Shown here one piece after another: positions 50,283 through 61,308 of a stretch of 64,000 bases of DNA. The first letter of the stretch is position 1. Each line of letters opens with the position of its first letter. The notes under the pieces were generated by a model. It was not told the origin of the DNA, did no database searches, and saw nothing but the letters and a program-made list of their open reading frames with translations. This DNA is from Spirochaetia bacterium (lineage in GTDB: Bacteria > Spirochaetota > Spirochaetia > SZUA-6 > Bin103): assembly GCA_965199955.1 (NCBI GenBank), contig CBDATQ010000002.1, positions 1,619,946-1,683,945 of the forward strand, in the 5' to 3' direction. The translations under genes and the position numbers were made by a program.

Positions 50283-51268
50283 GCGCGCAGCCCCGGTCCG
50301 ATCCCTGGACGCGCTACTGGGCGTCCGGCGTGGTTTCCTCCCTGCCGGAGGTGTACGGCGATCCCGGCGACGGGCCTCTCGCAGCGGTGTGGCGGCGTGA
50401 GCTGGCCGCGCTCGGGGGCCGCGCACGCGTGCTCGACCTGGGCTGCGGCAACGGGGCGGTGGCGCTGCCGGCAGCCGAGACCGCCTCGGCGCGGGAGGCA
50501 TGCTGGGAGATCCACGGGGTCGACGCGGCGGCCATCGATCCGGCCCGCACGGTGAGCGGCCGCTACCGGGAGCTGGCGTCCGGCGTCACCTTCCACCCCG
50601 GCACGTCGATGACATCCACGCCATTCGCGGACGGGTACTTCGATCTCGTCGCCGGCCAGTTCGCCCTGGAGTACGGGGACACGCCGGAGGTTCTGGCGGA
50701 GGTCCATCGCGTGCTGCGGCCGGCCGGCCGCGCGGTGTTCATCGTCCACCTGCAGGAATCGGCGGTGGTGGCCACGGCCCGCGTGGAGCTGGCGCAGCTC
50801 GAGGAGGTGCTCGCTCCCGGAGCCGTGCTCGATCTGGCCCGCGAGGTCCTGGAGGTCGGGGCGGGAGCCGCCACGGCGCGTGAGCGGAGCGCCGCCTGGA
50901 GTGCGTTCGCGCGCGAGGTCTTGCGGCTCGACCGGATCGCGAGCTGCCAGGAGGCAACCTGGCCGGTCGAGACACTGCGCGACGTGCCCGCCGCCCTGCG
51001 GGACGCGTTGACCGACGCCGTCGACGAGGTAGGCGGTCCGGTCGACCCGACGCGCGCAACGCCATGTCGCCGAGCGCTGATGGACCTGGATGCTACGCTG
51101 CGGGACCGGTCGGCGCGCCTGGCCGAGCTGCAGTCGGTCGCCCCGGACCGTTCCGGTCTGGAGCGCGTGCTGGACACCGCAGGACGAATGGGACTGAAGG
51201 TGCGCCGACGAGAAGATCTGAGCGATCCGCGCGGTCCGCTGGTCGCCCACGCGGTCGCGCTGGGTTGA
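50267..51268 (+). CDS. Class I SAM-dependent methyltransferase
   Basis: RVLDLGCGNG, GVD, PFADGYFDLV, EVHRVLRPAG. Start approximate. Confidence 0.85.
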   Translation: MVHPLSAQPRSDPWTRYWASGVVSSLPEVYGDPGDGPLAAVWRRELAALGGRARVLDLGCGNGAVALPAAETASAREACWEIHGVDAAAIDPARTVSGRYRELASGVTFHPGTSMTSTPFADGYFDLVAGQFALEYGDTPEVLAEVHRVLRPAGRAVFIVHLQESAVVATARVELAQLEEVLAPGAVLDLAREVLEVGAGAATARERSAAWSAFAREVLRLDRIASCQEATWPVETLRDVPAALRDALTDAVDEVGGPVDPTRATPCRRALMDLDATLRDRSARLAELQSVAPDRSGLERVLDTAGRMGLKVRRREDLSDPRGPLVAHAVALG

Positions 51269-51295
51269 GTGCGGTGCCGCCTTGCGATGGGACGA

Positions 51296-51697
51296 TCAGA
51301 GAGGGTTGCGCCAGCGGAGGCCCGGGAAACGACTGAAATCGGTATCGTTGGGAGTGGACCTCAGCCTGGTACTCCATCGCGAGTGTGGCGATGTGGGCGT
51401 CGGTCACCAGATCGGCTCCCACGCCGGCGGCGGCGAGGTTCCGCGCAAACCAGGTGAGATGATCGGCGCCGAGGTTGACCGGCGTCACGTGAGGGAAGCG
51501 GAACCATGCGCGCATGTGACCGGTCGCTTCATCGGTCGACTACCTGGATGGACGAGTACTCTGGCGTTGGTCATCAACCTGACGAATCCGATCGATACCA
51601 CCCACGGGGACTCCCACTTGGACGGCAGGTCGTGAAGCCGTGTCCGTTCTCGCAGGGACTCCGCGAGGTCATCGTCCAGTGTCAGGGTCGCTCGCAT
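51296..51697 (-). pseudogene. Collapsed vapBC toxin-antitoxin locus
   Basis: VapB start MRATLTLDDDL is fused to the VapC middle PWVVSIGFVRLMTN. Frameshifted pieces follow: ...LVTDAHIATLAMEY...HS and NDTDFSRFPGLRWRNPL* (PIN domain). Confidence 0.85.
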
Positions 51698-51767
51698 TGA
51701 TAGCATCATGATGTCTTGCGAACTTGGTGTCAGGATGCGAAGTGGAGGGGGCTAGTCCGGGCGGCTC

Positions 51768-52526
51768 CTATTCGGTGCGCGCCAGCAGGCCGCCGTCCAC
51801 GGTCAGGGCGGTGCCGGTGATGAAGGACGCCTCGTCCGAGGCCAGGAACAACACCGCGTTGGCGACGTCCCGGCCGGTGCCGAGGCGCTTGGCCGGCACC
51901 ATCTCCGCGAAGCGCCGCCGGTCCTCATCCGGTACGTCGCCCCAGAGCGGCGTCAGGATCGCGCCGGGCAGCACCGCGCAGACGCGGATGTCCGGCCCGT
52001 AGTCGATCGCCACGGTGCGGGTGAGGCCCAGCAGTCCGGCCTTCGCCGCGTCGTAGGCGGTGTAGGTGGCGAATCCGACCAGCGCGTGCACGGAGCCGGT
52101 GTTGACGATCACGCCGCCGCCGGTTCTGCGCATGACCGGGATGCCGTGCTTGGCGGCCAGGAAGACCGCCTTCAGCCCCACGTTCAGGGTGCCGTCCCAG
52201 TCGGCTTCGTCCAGCTCGGTGGCCGCCCCCATCCGGAACCAGATCGCGTTGTTGTGGATGATATCGAGCCGGCCGAACGCCGACTCGGTCCGCTCGATCA
52301 TGGTGAGGACGTCCGCGCTCACGCCCACGTCGGTGCGGACGAAGATCGCCGTGCCGCCGGTCGCCGCGATGCCGTCGACCACCTGCTGCCCGCGATCCGC
52401 GTCGACGTCGGCCACGCAGACCGATGCGCCCTCCCGCGCGAGCAACTCCGCGGTGGCTTGGCCGATTCCGGACGCCGCACCGGTGACGATTGCCGCCTTG
52501 CCGTCCACGCGGCCGCCTGTTCCCAT
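51768..52526 (-). CDS. Short-chain dehydrogenase/reductase
   Basis: TGAASGIG, HNNA, YDAAK, VDGG. Confidence 0.92.
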   Translation of the reverse strand: MGTGGRVDGKAAIVTGAASGIGQATAELLAREGASVCVADVDADRGQQVVDGIAATGGTAIFVRTDVGVSADVLTMIERTESAFGRLDIIHNNAIWFRMGAATELDEADWDGTLNVGLKAVFLAAKHGIPVMRRTGGGVIVNTGSVHALVGFATYTAYDAAKAGLLGLTRTVAIDYGPDIRVCAVLPGAILTPLWGDVPDEDRRRFAEMVPAKRLGTGRDVANAVLFLASDEASFITGTALTVDGGLLARTE

Positions 52527-52571
52527 GAGTCACTCCTTGCCGATCAGGTTACTGCGATTGTCGCAGGTCGA

Positions 52572-53657
52572 TCATTCCCAGCGGAACAGCCGCACGGACA
52601 GCGCCGCGGCCACTGCCAGCCAGATGACCAGCACCAGCGCGTCCAGACCGAGCGCGTGCACGGGAGGCGCGCCCACCATGGTCTGCCGCAGGGCGTCCCC
52701 GAGGTAGGTGAGCGGGATCGCCTGCACCACCGGCCGGATCCAGTCCGGCATGGTCTGGAGCGGGAAGAAGATCCCGGAGAGGAACATCATCGGGAAGTTG
52801 AGCACCGACGTGATGCCGAACACGCTCTCCTCGGTCCGGGACAGGGCGGCGATCAGGTAGCCGAGCGAGACGAAGGTGAGCGCGCCGAGGACGCAGAAGC
52901 CGGCCACCAGCCCGATCCGGTCGCCGATCTCCACGCCGAACACCAGCCGTCCCACGGCGACGATGATCACCACCTGGGCGAGCGCGATCGTCAGCCGGTG
53001 CAGGAGTTGCGAGAGCAGCAGCGCCAGGCGCGGCAGCGGCGTGGCGCCCAGGCGGCGCAGGACCTGCCGTTCCCGGAGCTGCACCAGCGGCGCCGCGGTC
53101 CCGAACAGGCCGAGCTGCATCAGTGCCATCGCCAGGATGCCCGGCACCAGGTAGTCGATCGTGCGCAGGCGGTCGGCCGTGACGGTCGTGAAGCGGGTCG
53201 TGATCAGCGCCGGCCGCCGGCGGATGACGCCGTCCAGCTCGCGCAGGGCGGCGCCGATCACGGGCACGGCGATCTGGCGTGCCGACGCCGAGGTGGGATC
53301 GAAGTTCACCTCGACCTCCACCGAGCGGCCGCCGGCCACGTCGCCGGCCAGACTCGGCGGCGCGTCCACCACGACGCGCAGGTCGCCGTCGGCGAGCTGG
53401 TCCATGAGCTCGTCCCGCGTGCCGGTGCGCACGTCAAGCGCCGGGATGCTGCCCAGCGCCGCCAGCACGAGGTCCGGCGCGCCGGCGCCGGCGGGTCGCA
53501 CCACGCCGACGGCGATCGGGTCCTGTCCGGAGCCGGAGAAGATCACCCCGAAGAGCAGGATGAACAGGACGGGGAAGGCGAGGGTCCAGAACAGCGCCAT
53601 GCGGTCGCGCATGAAGCTCTTCTGGGCGGCGACGTAGAGGGGAACGACGGAGGTCAT
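52572..53657 (-). CDS. ABC-2 type exporter permease
   Basis: FWTLAFP, DYLVPGILAM, RERQVLRRL.ATP, FLSGIFFP, RLFRWE. Confidence 0.92.
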   Translation of the reverse strand: MTSVVPLYVAAQKSFMRDRMALFWTLAFPVLFILLFGVIFSGSGQDPIAVGVVRPAGAGAPDLVLAALGSIPALDVRTGTRDELMDQLADGDLRVVVDAPPSLAGDVAGGRSVEVEVNFDPTSASARQIAVPVIGAALRELDGVIRRRPALITTRFTTVTADRLRTIDYLVPGILAMALMQLGLFGTAAPLVQLRERQVLRRLGATPLPRLALLLSQLLHRLTIALAQVVIIVAVGRLVFGVEIGDRIGLVAGFCVLGALTFVSLGYLIAALSRTEESVFGITSVLNFPMMFLSGIFFPLQTMPDWIRPVVQAIPLTYLGDALRQTMVGAPPVHALGLDALVLVIWLAVAAALSVRLFRWE

Positions 53658-53662
53658 GGCGG

Positions 53663-54580
<918 letters not shown>

Positions 54581-54595
54581 AACACGGTCGTGCCC

Positions 54596-54631
54596 GCGTG
54601 TCTTGACACGGGCGTGGAGACGGCAAACGCT
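54596..54631 (+). promoter_or_regulatory. Promoter with a palindromic operator over the -35 box
   Basis: TTGACA-N17-AACGCT; the inverted repeat CGTGTC-TT-GACACG overlaps the -35 in the divergent ABC/desaturase gap. Confidence 0.5.
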
Positions 54632-54657
54632 CGGTGGGAGCCGAGGAGGATCTGTCG

Positions 54658-55839
54658 ATGTCCAGCGTACATCCGCCGCTCGCCGACGTTCGCCGCACCC
54701 TCCGGGTGCGGTGGTACCGGAGCCCGATCGACCCGGCCGTCCTGCGCCGCCTGATGCAGCGCAGCGACCTGCGCGGAGCCTTCCAGGCGGTCGGCCACTT
54801 GGCCCTGGCCGCCGGCACCGGCGTGCTGACCTGGTACCTGTTCTCGCAGCGGCTGTGGGTCCCGTGCGCGTTGGCGTTCCTGCTGCACGGAGGGGTCACC
54901 AGCTTCTTCAGCTCCGGATGCCACGAGCTCGATCACGGCACCGTGTTCCGGACCAAGCGGCTCAACCGCCTGTTCCTGCACGTCTACGGCCTGCTGGCGT
55001 GGTTCAACTTCCACGACTACGCGCTCAGCCACACCTATCACCACCGCTACACCCTGCATCCGGACGGCGACCGCGAGGTCGAGCTGCCGAAGACCCCTTC
55101 TCTGCGGTTTCTGTACCTGCTGCAGCTCTGCACGATCAGCATCACCGGCGGCTTCGAATCCAAGGGGCTCTACCCGCTGCTGCGTACCACCGTCGGCACG
55201 GCCCTGGGAATCTTCCCCCGTCGCGGCGTCGAGAGCTCGCCGGAAACGACCGGCCCGAACTCCGAGGAGTGGGTCCGCGCCCTGTACGACGCGCATCCGG
55301 AAGAGCGCGCAAAGTCCGTGCGCTGGGCGCGGATCACGCTGCTGTTCCACGCGGCGGTGACCGTCGCCGGCATCGCGTCGGGGCTGTGGCTGCTGCCGCT
55401 GCTGGTGAGCTTCCCGATCTTCTTCGGCAACATCTGGAAGTACTTCGTCGGCGCTCCCATGCACTGCGGCTTGCGCGACAACGTGCCCGACTTCCGCAAG
55501 TGCGTGCGCACCATCACGCTCGATCCGCTGTCCACGTTCGTCTACTGGCGCATGAACTGGCACATGGAGCACCACATGTACGCCGGCGTGCCGTGTTACA
55601 ATCTGCGCGAGCTGAGCCGCACCATCGCCGGTGACCTGCCTGCGCCGCGCACGCTGGTGGGCGCCTGGCGGGAGATGCGCGCGACCTGGAAGCGCCAGCA
55701 AACCGAGCCGGGCTACCAGTACGACACGCCCGTGCCCACGCCCGGGATCGTCGGGAATGCCCGGGCACGGGACGACGACGGGCTTGGCGCCTCCATCGGC
55801 GACCTCGCGCCGGGGATCCTGGCGCGGGCCGGTGCCTGA
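54658..55839 (+). CDS. Membrane di-iron desaturase/hydroxylase family protein (MocD-like)
   Basis: Three His boxes HELDH, HTYHH and HMEHH; GAGGAGGA SD. Confidence 0.88.
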   Translation: MSSVHPPLADVRRTLRVRWYRSPIDPAVLRRLMQRSDLRGAFQAVGHLALAAGTGVLTWYLFSQRLWVPCALAFLLHGGVTSFFSSGCHELDHGTVFRTKRLNRLFLHVYGLLAWFNFHDYALSHTYHHRYTLHPDGDREVELPKTPSLRFLYLLQLCTISITGGFESKGLYPLLRTTVGTALGIFPRRGVESSPETTGPNSEEWVRALYDAHPEERAKSVRWARITLLFHAAVTVAGIASGLWLLPLLVSFPIFFGNIWKYFVGAPMHCGLRDNVPDFRKCVRTITLDPLSTFVYWRMNWHMEHHMYAGVPCYNLRELSRTIAGDLPAPRTLVGAWREMRATWKRQQTEPGYQYDTPVPTPGIVGNARARDDDGLGASIGDLAPGILARAGA

Positions 55840-55867
55840 GCGGGCCGGCGTCCGAAAAGGGGCACCC

Positions 55868-56788
55868 GTGCGCTTCGATCGCGATTCCTGGACCTTCGAC
55901 TGTCAGCCCACCATGACCGACTCGGAGGTCCTCGCGTTCTGCCGCGACGGCTGCGTGCTGCTGCGCGGGGTGGTACCCGACGAGATCAACCGGCGCGCCT
56001 GCGACTGGCTCGACGGCACGATCCCGGCGGAGCCCGGCTTCGTCCCGGACGGGATGACGCAGGCGGAGATGGATCGCATCCGGGCAAGCCACGAGCCGAC
56101 GACGATCTTCCTGGAGGAGTGGTTCATCGAGCACGTGCTCCTCAACCCGCGGGTCGCTGGGATCATGAGGTCGCTGCTCGGGCCCACGGTCGGCCTGCCG
56201 ATCCTGGCCAGCCTGCACCGGGTGAAGTGCCCGGAAGAGGCCGGCAACTGGCACCAGGACGCCGACTGCGTGTTCGGGCCGGAGTTGCACTTCTTGGAGG
56301 TGTTCTACTTTCCGCAGGACACGCCGCCCGAGCTGGGTCCGACCGAGGTCCTGGCCGGCAGCCACCTGGCGCGGTTTGACCGCTCCGGGGAACCGGACGG
56401 CGGCGTGCTGAGCGATGGCCCGGCCGGCACCATCGGCATCCACCACCAGAGCATCCTGCACCGCAGGGCGCCGTCCGTGGCCGCCGGCAGCCGCCGCATG
56501 CTCAAGTACAACTACTGGCGCACCTCGCCGCCGCGGCGCGACTGGCTGGACGACGCCGCCTTCGATCCGCGCACTGCTGACTACGGCGGGCACTTCGTGG
56601 CGCGCTACGTCGCGCACATGATGGCGTGGCTTGCCGGGAAGGGTGACGAGTTCCGCGTGATCGGCGGGCAGGGCTGGCCGTGGCGGACCGAGAACCAGAT
56701 CCGCCCGTCCTACGGCTTCGGCTCCGCCGGCGGCTACGTGCCGGACTGGCGCAAGGGCAATTCCGACGGCTACGCGCGGTCGAGTTGA
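55868..56788 (+). CDS. PhyH-family Fe(II)/2-oxoglutarate dioxygenase
   Basis: FCRDGCVLLRGV, WHQD, GPTEVLAGSH, ILHRR. Confidence 0.85.
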   Translation: MRFDRDSWTFDCQPTMTDSEVLAFCRDGCVLLRGVVPDEINRRACDWLDGTIPAEPGFVPDGMTQAEMDRIRASHEPTTIFLEEWFIEHVLLNPRVAGIMRSLLGPTVGLPILASLHRVKCPEEAGNWHQDADCVFGPELHFLEVFYFPQDTPPELGPTEVLAGSHLARFDRSGEPDGGVLSDGPAGTIGIHHQSILHRRAPSVAAGSRRMLKYNYWRTSPPRRDWLDDAAFDPRTADYGGHFVARYVAHMMAWLAGKGDEFRVIGGQGWPWRTENQIRPSYGFGSAGGYVPDWRKGNSDGYARSS

Positions 56789-56926
56789 CGGCGGACACGC
56801 TCAGGTGCGACCCTGAGGTGGTAGTTACCTCCTGATTGGCGACTTCCCGTCCCGGGCGTCGCTGCCTCGACGATCTGCAAGGCCGTGACCGAGCGGCCGC
56901 CACTTTCTTCCACAGGGACCAGTCTC

Positions 56927-58228
56927 TTGTCATCGAACAACTTTTCGTCTCTCGGCCTGACCGAGACCATCGTGCGCGCGCTGCGAGCCCGAGGCTACGC
57001 GGCGCCCACTCCTATCCAGCAACAGGCGATCCCGCGGCTCCTGGCCGGGGATGACCTGCTCGGAATCGCCCAGACCGGAACGGGCAAGACCGCCGCGTTT
57101 GCCCTGCCGGTGCTCCAGCAGCTTGACGAAGCCCGCGAGCGGGCCGAGCCGCGCACGCCGCGCGCCCTGGTGCTGGCGCCGACCCGCGAGCTCGCCATCC
57201 AGATCCACGACGACTTCCGCGACTACGGCGCCGGCCTCCGCCTGCGCCAGACGGTCATCCTGGGCGGCGTGGGGCAGGGGCCCCAGGTGGCGGCCCTTGC
57301 GAAGCGCATCGACATCGTGGTCGCGACACCCGGCCGCCTGCTGGACCTGTTCGAGCAGGGCCACGTGCGCCTCGACCGCATCGCCTTCTTCGTGCTCGAC
57401 GAGGCGGACCGCATGCTGGACATGGGGTTCATCCACGACGTCAAGCGGATCATCCGGGAGTTGCCGCGCCGCCGCCGCTCGCTGCTGTTCTCGGCGACCA
57501 TGCCGCCCGAGGTCGCCGGCCTGGCGGCGGAGATCCTGCACCGGCCGAAGCGCGTTGAGGTGACCCCGGCCGCGACCACGGTGGACACCGTGCGGCAGTT
57601 CGTCTACTCCGTGAAGAGCGCGGACAAGCCCAAGTTGCTCCGCGAGCTGCTGGAGGACAGCAGGCTGTCCCGCGTGCTGGTGTTTGCACGGACCAAGCAT
57701 CGCGCCAACCGGGTCGCCGAGCACGTCTCCAAGCTGGGGGTCGAGGCGGACGCCATCCACGGCAACAAGTCGCAGACCGCCCGCCAGCGCGCGCTGGATC
57801 GGTTTCGAGCGGGCCGTTCGCGCGTGCTGGTGGCGACCGACATCGCCGCACGCGGCCTCGACGTGGACGGGATCAGTCACGTCATCAACTTCGAGCTTCC
57901 CCACGAGCCGGAGAGCTACGTGCACCGCATCGGCCGAACCGCGCGTGCCGGCGCTTCCGGGACCGCGCTGTCGTTCTGCGACCCCAGCGAGGCGTCGCAG
58001 CTCCGCGGTATCGAGAGGCTCACCGGCGTCGCCCTGAAGAAGGTTGATGGGCAGCCGTTCCTCGCTGCGACCGCGGTCGAGGAGCGGGCGGACAACGGCC
58101 GGCACGGACGCTCGACCATACCGGTCCGCATCGAGCGGAGCGGCGGTGGCGCGCACCGCGGTGGGCCGTCCCGCCGTCGCCGTGGCCGTCGCGGGGGGAA
58201 GGGAACCCCGGCGTTTCAGGGAAGCTGA
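56927..58228 (+). CDS. rhlE: DEAD-box RNA helicase (RhlE-like)
   Basis: PTPIQ, AQTGTGKT, PTRELA, DEAD, SAT, HGNKSQ, ARGLD, HRIGRTAR. Start is 56927 (TTG) or 56885. Confidence 0.92.
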   Translation: MSSNNFSSLGLTETIVRALRARGYAAPTPIQQQAIPRLLAGDDLLGIAQTGTGKTAAFALPVLQQLDEARERAEPRTPRALVLAPTRELAIQIHDDFRDYGAGLRLRQTVILGGVGQGPQVAALAKRIDIVVATPGRLLDLFEQGHVRLDRIAFFVLDEADRMLDMGFIHDVKRIIRELPRRRRSLLFSATMPPEVAGLAAEILHRPKRVEVTPAATTVDTVRQFVYSVKSADKPKLLRELLEDSRLSRVLVFARTKHRANRVAEHVSKLGVEADAIHGNKSQTARQRALDRFRAGRSRVLVATDIAARGLDVDGISHVINFELPHEPESYVHRIGRTARAGASGTALSFCDPSEASQLRGIERLTGVALKKVDGQPFLAATAVEERADNGRHGRSTIPVRIERSGGGAHRGGPSRRRRGRRGGKGTPAFQGS

Positions 58229-58407
58229 GCGCAGCAGGGCATCAGACACCAGTTGTACTTGGTAAGGGCGAGCAGGAGTGTCGTGGAGCCCGCGGAGGCG
58301 ACGGCCACGGCGCTCCCGCGGGCACGGAGATCGTGGCATGCCGGGGGGCCATGCCGACAGCGCCGAAACACGGCATAATCGTCGCGACACTGTCCTGCGA
58401 GGAATCC

Positions 58408-59223
58408 ATGATGCTGACGGATCGCCATGTGGCGCAATTCGAGACCTTCGGCTTCGTCGTGCTGCGCGGCGTGCTCGGCTCCGATGAGCTCTCCGCGGCG
58501 CGCGCCGAGTTCGACACCGGCTTGGCGCGCGCGGCCGCAGCCACCGAGCGGCGCGGCATCCGCAAGCAGCTCAACTGGTCCAACCTGGGACCGGACACGC
58601 CGTTTCTGGGCTCGCTGCTGGAGGACGCCCGCTTCGTCGGCGCCGCGGGGCGTTTCTACGGCGGGGAGGCGATCGGCTACTACGCCAACTCCAACTCGTT
58701 CGACGGCGACCGCACGGAGTGGCATCCGGACACCTCCATCCTCCTCAGGCGCGGCGTCAAGTTCGCCTTCTACATGCAGCCGCTGGACGGGACGACCGGT
58801 GCCCTGCGGTTCATCCCCGGATCACACCGGGAGCCGCTCCACTCCGGCGTGCGCAAGATCGGCATCAAGGAGTCCAACCTGCGCGTCCTGGACGCCGGCG
58901 GGCTGGAGGTCGACGAGGTGCCGTCGTACGTGGCGCGGTCCGAACCGGGCGACGTCATCGCGTTCGACAGCCGCGTCTGGCACGCGAGCTGGGGCGGCAG
59001 ACCCGACCGCAGGATGTGCAGCTTGGGCTACTTCGCCGTTCCGGCCACGGCGGAGGAGGAGGATGCGATGGCGGAGCTGGCGCGCCAGGACGCCGAGTTG
59101 CTGGAGGCGTTTCCGCTGGTCGCCCGCCCGTCGCACTGGGTAGGCAATTCCGCAGGCAGCCCGATGCGCGGCCGCTGGATCCGGGCGCTGCGGCAGTGGG
59201 GCTTCGCCGGCGTCGCCGGCTGA
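58408..59223 (+). CDS. PhyH-family dioxygenase
   Basis: FETFGFVVLRG, WHPD, GALRFIPGSH, PGDVIAFD..VWH. Confidence 0.9.
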   Translation: MMLTDRHVAQFETFGFVVLRGVLGSDELSAARAEFDTGLARAAAATERRGIRKQLNWSNLGPDTPFLGSLLEDARFVGAAGRFYGGEAIGYYANSNSFDGDRTEWHPDTSILLRRGVKFAFYMQPLDGTTGALRFIPGSHREPLHSGVRKIGIKESNLRVLDAGGLEVDEVPSYVARSEPGDVIAFDSRVWHASWGGRPDRRMCSLGYFAVPATAEEEDAMAELARQDAELLEAFPLVARPSHWVGNSAGSPMRGRWIRALRQWGFAGVAG

Positions 59224-59225
59224 AG

Positions 59226-60077
59226 TCAGCCCGGTCCGGTCGCGACCCGAGCGGCGGCGTCCGCTGCGATCTCGGAGGCGCGCCGTACGCCGTGCCGTTC
59301 CGCCCACGCGCGCAGCGGAGCGTCGTCGATCTGGGTGTTGGGCTTGCGCAGCGCGCCCAGGAGCTGGCGCTCGATCGGATCGCGCGCGCGCTCCAGCACG
59401 GCCGGATCCTGCACGACGTAGTCGTTGGGAGACAGCCAGGCGTAGGAGTAGCCGACCATCAGGCACTTGCGGGTCCGGTCGGTCAGGTTGAGACCCTGCC
59501 GGTGGAAGGTGCGGTTCTCGAACAGGAACGCGTCGCCTGCATTCAGCTCCGGCTCGAATGCGTCCGCGGGATCGGTGCCGCCCGGCGCCAGGTCCATCGG
59601 CCGGTCCCGCGCGTGGCTTCCGGGCGCCAGCCAGGTGTTGCCGTACCCCGGTCCGGGGCAGTCGCTGAAGTGGTAGGCGACCCTGACCTGCATGCGGGTG
59701 TTGCCGTGCAGGCCCAGGTCTTCGGAGCTGTTGGCGATGTCGCGGTGCCAGTAGGTCGGCTGCCCGGCGGTGGGCGGGTCGGGATGGTTGTAGATCAGGT
59801 GCGACTTGGTCAGGTGGATGTTGTGGCTGAGGAGCTGCACCACCAGCGGGACCGTGGTGTGCCACGTGAGAAGCGGCAGGAGATCGGCCTCCGCGGCGAC
59901 CACGTTGGTGAGGCTGGCGCGGCGGGCGCCGGCTTCCCGGTAGCACCGGTCGACCAGGCGGTCGGCGGCGGCGACGAAGCGGGCGAGCGGTTCCGGCGCG
60001 ATCGCGTCGCGGACGACCAGGTAGCCGTGGTCGTCGAAGAACCGCCGCTGCTCGGCGGTGAGCCGAACGAACCGCAT
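59226..60077 (-). CDS. PhyH-family dioxygenase
   Basis: FFDDHGYLVVRD, WHRD, PGSH, AGDAFLFENRTFH; TGATG-coupled to the aminotransferase. Confidence 0.9.
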   Translation of the reverse strand: MRFVRLTAEQRRFFDDHGYLVVRDAIAPEPLARFVAAADRLVDRCYREAGARRASLTNVVAAEADLLPLLTWHTTVPLVVQLLSHNIHLTKSHLIYNHPDPPTAGQPTYWHRDIANSSEDLGLHGNTRMQVRVAYHFSDCPGPGYGNTWLAPGSHARDRPMDLAPGGTDPADAFEPELNAGDAFLFENRTFHRQGLNLTDRTRKCLMVGYSYAWLSPNDYVVQDPAVLERARDPIERQLLGALRKPNTQIDDAPLRAWAERHGVRRASEIAADAAARVATGPG

Positions 60078-61030
60078 CAGGGCTTCCAGTCGTCGACCAT
60101 ACCGGCATACTGCCTGGCCTGGGCGGGGATGTCCACGCCCACGTTCGCCGACCACGCATCCAGCAGGCGCCGGTAGATTGGCCCCGGCGTTCCCGAACCG
60201 ACCGGCCCGCCGTCGAACCGCGTCACCGGCACCATCGCGATCGAGGTGGAGGTGTACCACGCCTCGTTCGCCTGGCGGACGTCGTAGGGCTCGATGTCGG
60301 CCTCGTGGACGGTGAGGCCGGCCGCCCGCGCCAGCTCCATGCAGTAGCCGCGCGAGACGCCGCGCAGGATGTCGTGCGGCTTCGGGGTCAGGATCTCGCC
60401 GTCGCGCACCATGAAGAAGTTGTTGCCGGTGCCCTCGGTGATGAAGCCGCGCTCGTCGGTGAGGAGCGCCATCGCGCCCGGCTCGATGCGCGCGGCCGCA
60501 AGCTCCGCGAGCTTGTAATAGATGCGGCTGCGGTTCTTGGCCTTGGGGTCGATGTAGCGCGCCGGCACCGACCGCTGCGAGGTGGTCACGAAGTGCGTGC
60601 CCCGCTCGTAGGCGTCGGCGCTGCGGCCGATGTGTCGGATGAGCGGGATCACGTTGATGGTCACCACCGGCGCGGTTCCCTCGCGGATCAGCTCCGCGTA
60701 CAGGTCCATGCCGCCGCGCGTGACGTTGTGCATGATCTGGAAGTCGTAGTCGCCGAGCGCGTCGCGGTTGCGTTCGATCGTCTGCTCGGTGGCCGTCATC
60801 ATCTGCGCCTGGCTCAGGCCGCAGTCGAGCTGCGCGTAGCGGATCGAGTCGTACAGCCGATCCAGGTGGCGGTCGAGCAGGAACGGCTCCTGCTGGAAGG
60901 ACCTGGTCATCTCGAACACCATGTCCCCGTACATGAGGGCGCTGTCGAAGATCGAGATGCGGGCGTCCTGCTCGGGAACGAACTGCCCGTTCAGATAGAC
61001 GAGGCGTTGCGCGGCCGTATTCTGCTTCAC
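60077..61030 (-). CDS. Class IV (IlvE/D-amino acid-like) PLP aminotransferase
   Basis: YLNGQFV, YGDMVFE, HLDRL..S, AKNRSR, TEGTGNNFF, ILRGVSR. Confidence 0.9.
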   Translation of the reverse strand: MKQNTAAQRLVYLNGQFVPEQDARISIFDSALMYGDMVFEMTRSFQQEPFLLDRHLDRLYDSIRYAQLDCGLSQAQMMTATEQTIERNRDALGDYDFQIMHNVTRGGMDLYAELIREGTAPVVTINVIPLIRHIGRSADAYERGTHFVTTSQRSVPARYIDPKAKNRSRIYYKLAELAAARIEPGAMALLTDERGFITEGTGNNFFMVRDGEILTPKPHDILRGVSRGYCMELARAAGLTVHEADIEPYDVRQANEAWYTSTSIAMVPVTRFDGGPVGSGTPGPIYRRLLDAWSANVGVDIPAQARQYAGMVDDWKP

Positions 61031-61141
61031 GCGTCAACTATCGCACGGGCAGGGATGGGGGTCAGCCTGCATGCTGTTCTCCGGCGGGGGCGATCCGTAC
61101 TATAGTATGCACGTCGCGCGTACCGGCGGCGCGACGGACCG

Positions 61142-61214
61142 GCCAGAATAGCTCAGTTGGCAGAGCGGTTCACTCGTAATGAACAGGTCGTCGGTTCAAA
61201 TCCGACTTCTGGCT
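61142..61214 (+). tRNA. tRNA-Thr(CGT); CCA not encoded
   Basis: Acceptor stem GCCAGAA/TTCTGGC, D arm AGCTCAGTTGGCAGAGC, anticodon arm GTTCA-CTCGTAA-TGAAC, T loop GGTTCAAATCC. TATAGT -10 upstream. Confidence 0.97.
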
Positions 61215-61308
61215 CCTCTTCAGTGCTGGTGAGTCTCCGCCAGCTTCGTTCCGCATAGACCCACGGAGACACGCCGCTTCCGTGTCGCCGTGCTACGTTG
61301 CCGCCGCC

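Noticed and set aside
58229..58340. Possible additional PhyH C-terminal remnant on the minus strand (..GSAVAVA..TKYNWCLMP)
   Set aside because: Similarity is too short and weak to support without a search.
61142..61300. tRNA-Thr considered as an integration site for a genomic island
   Set aside because: No integrase and no duplicated tRNA 3' end was seen in the window.
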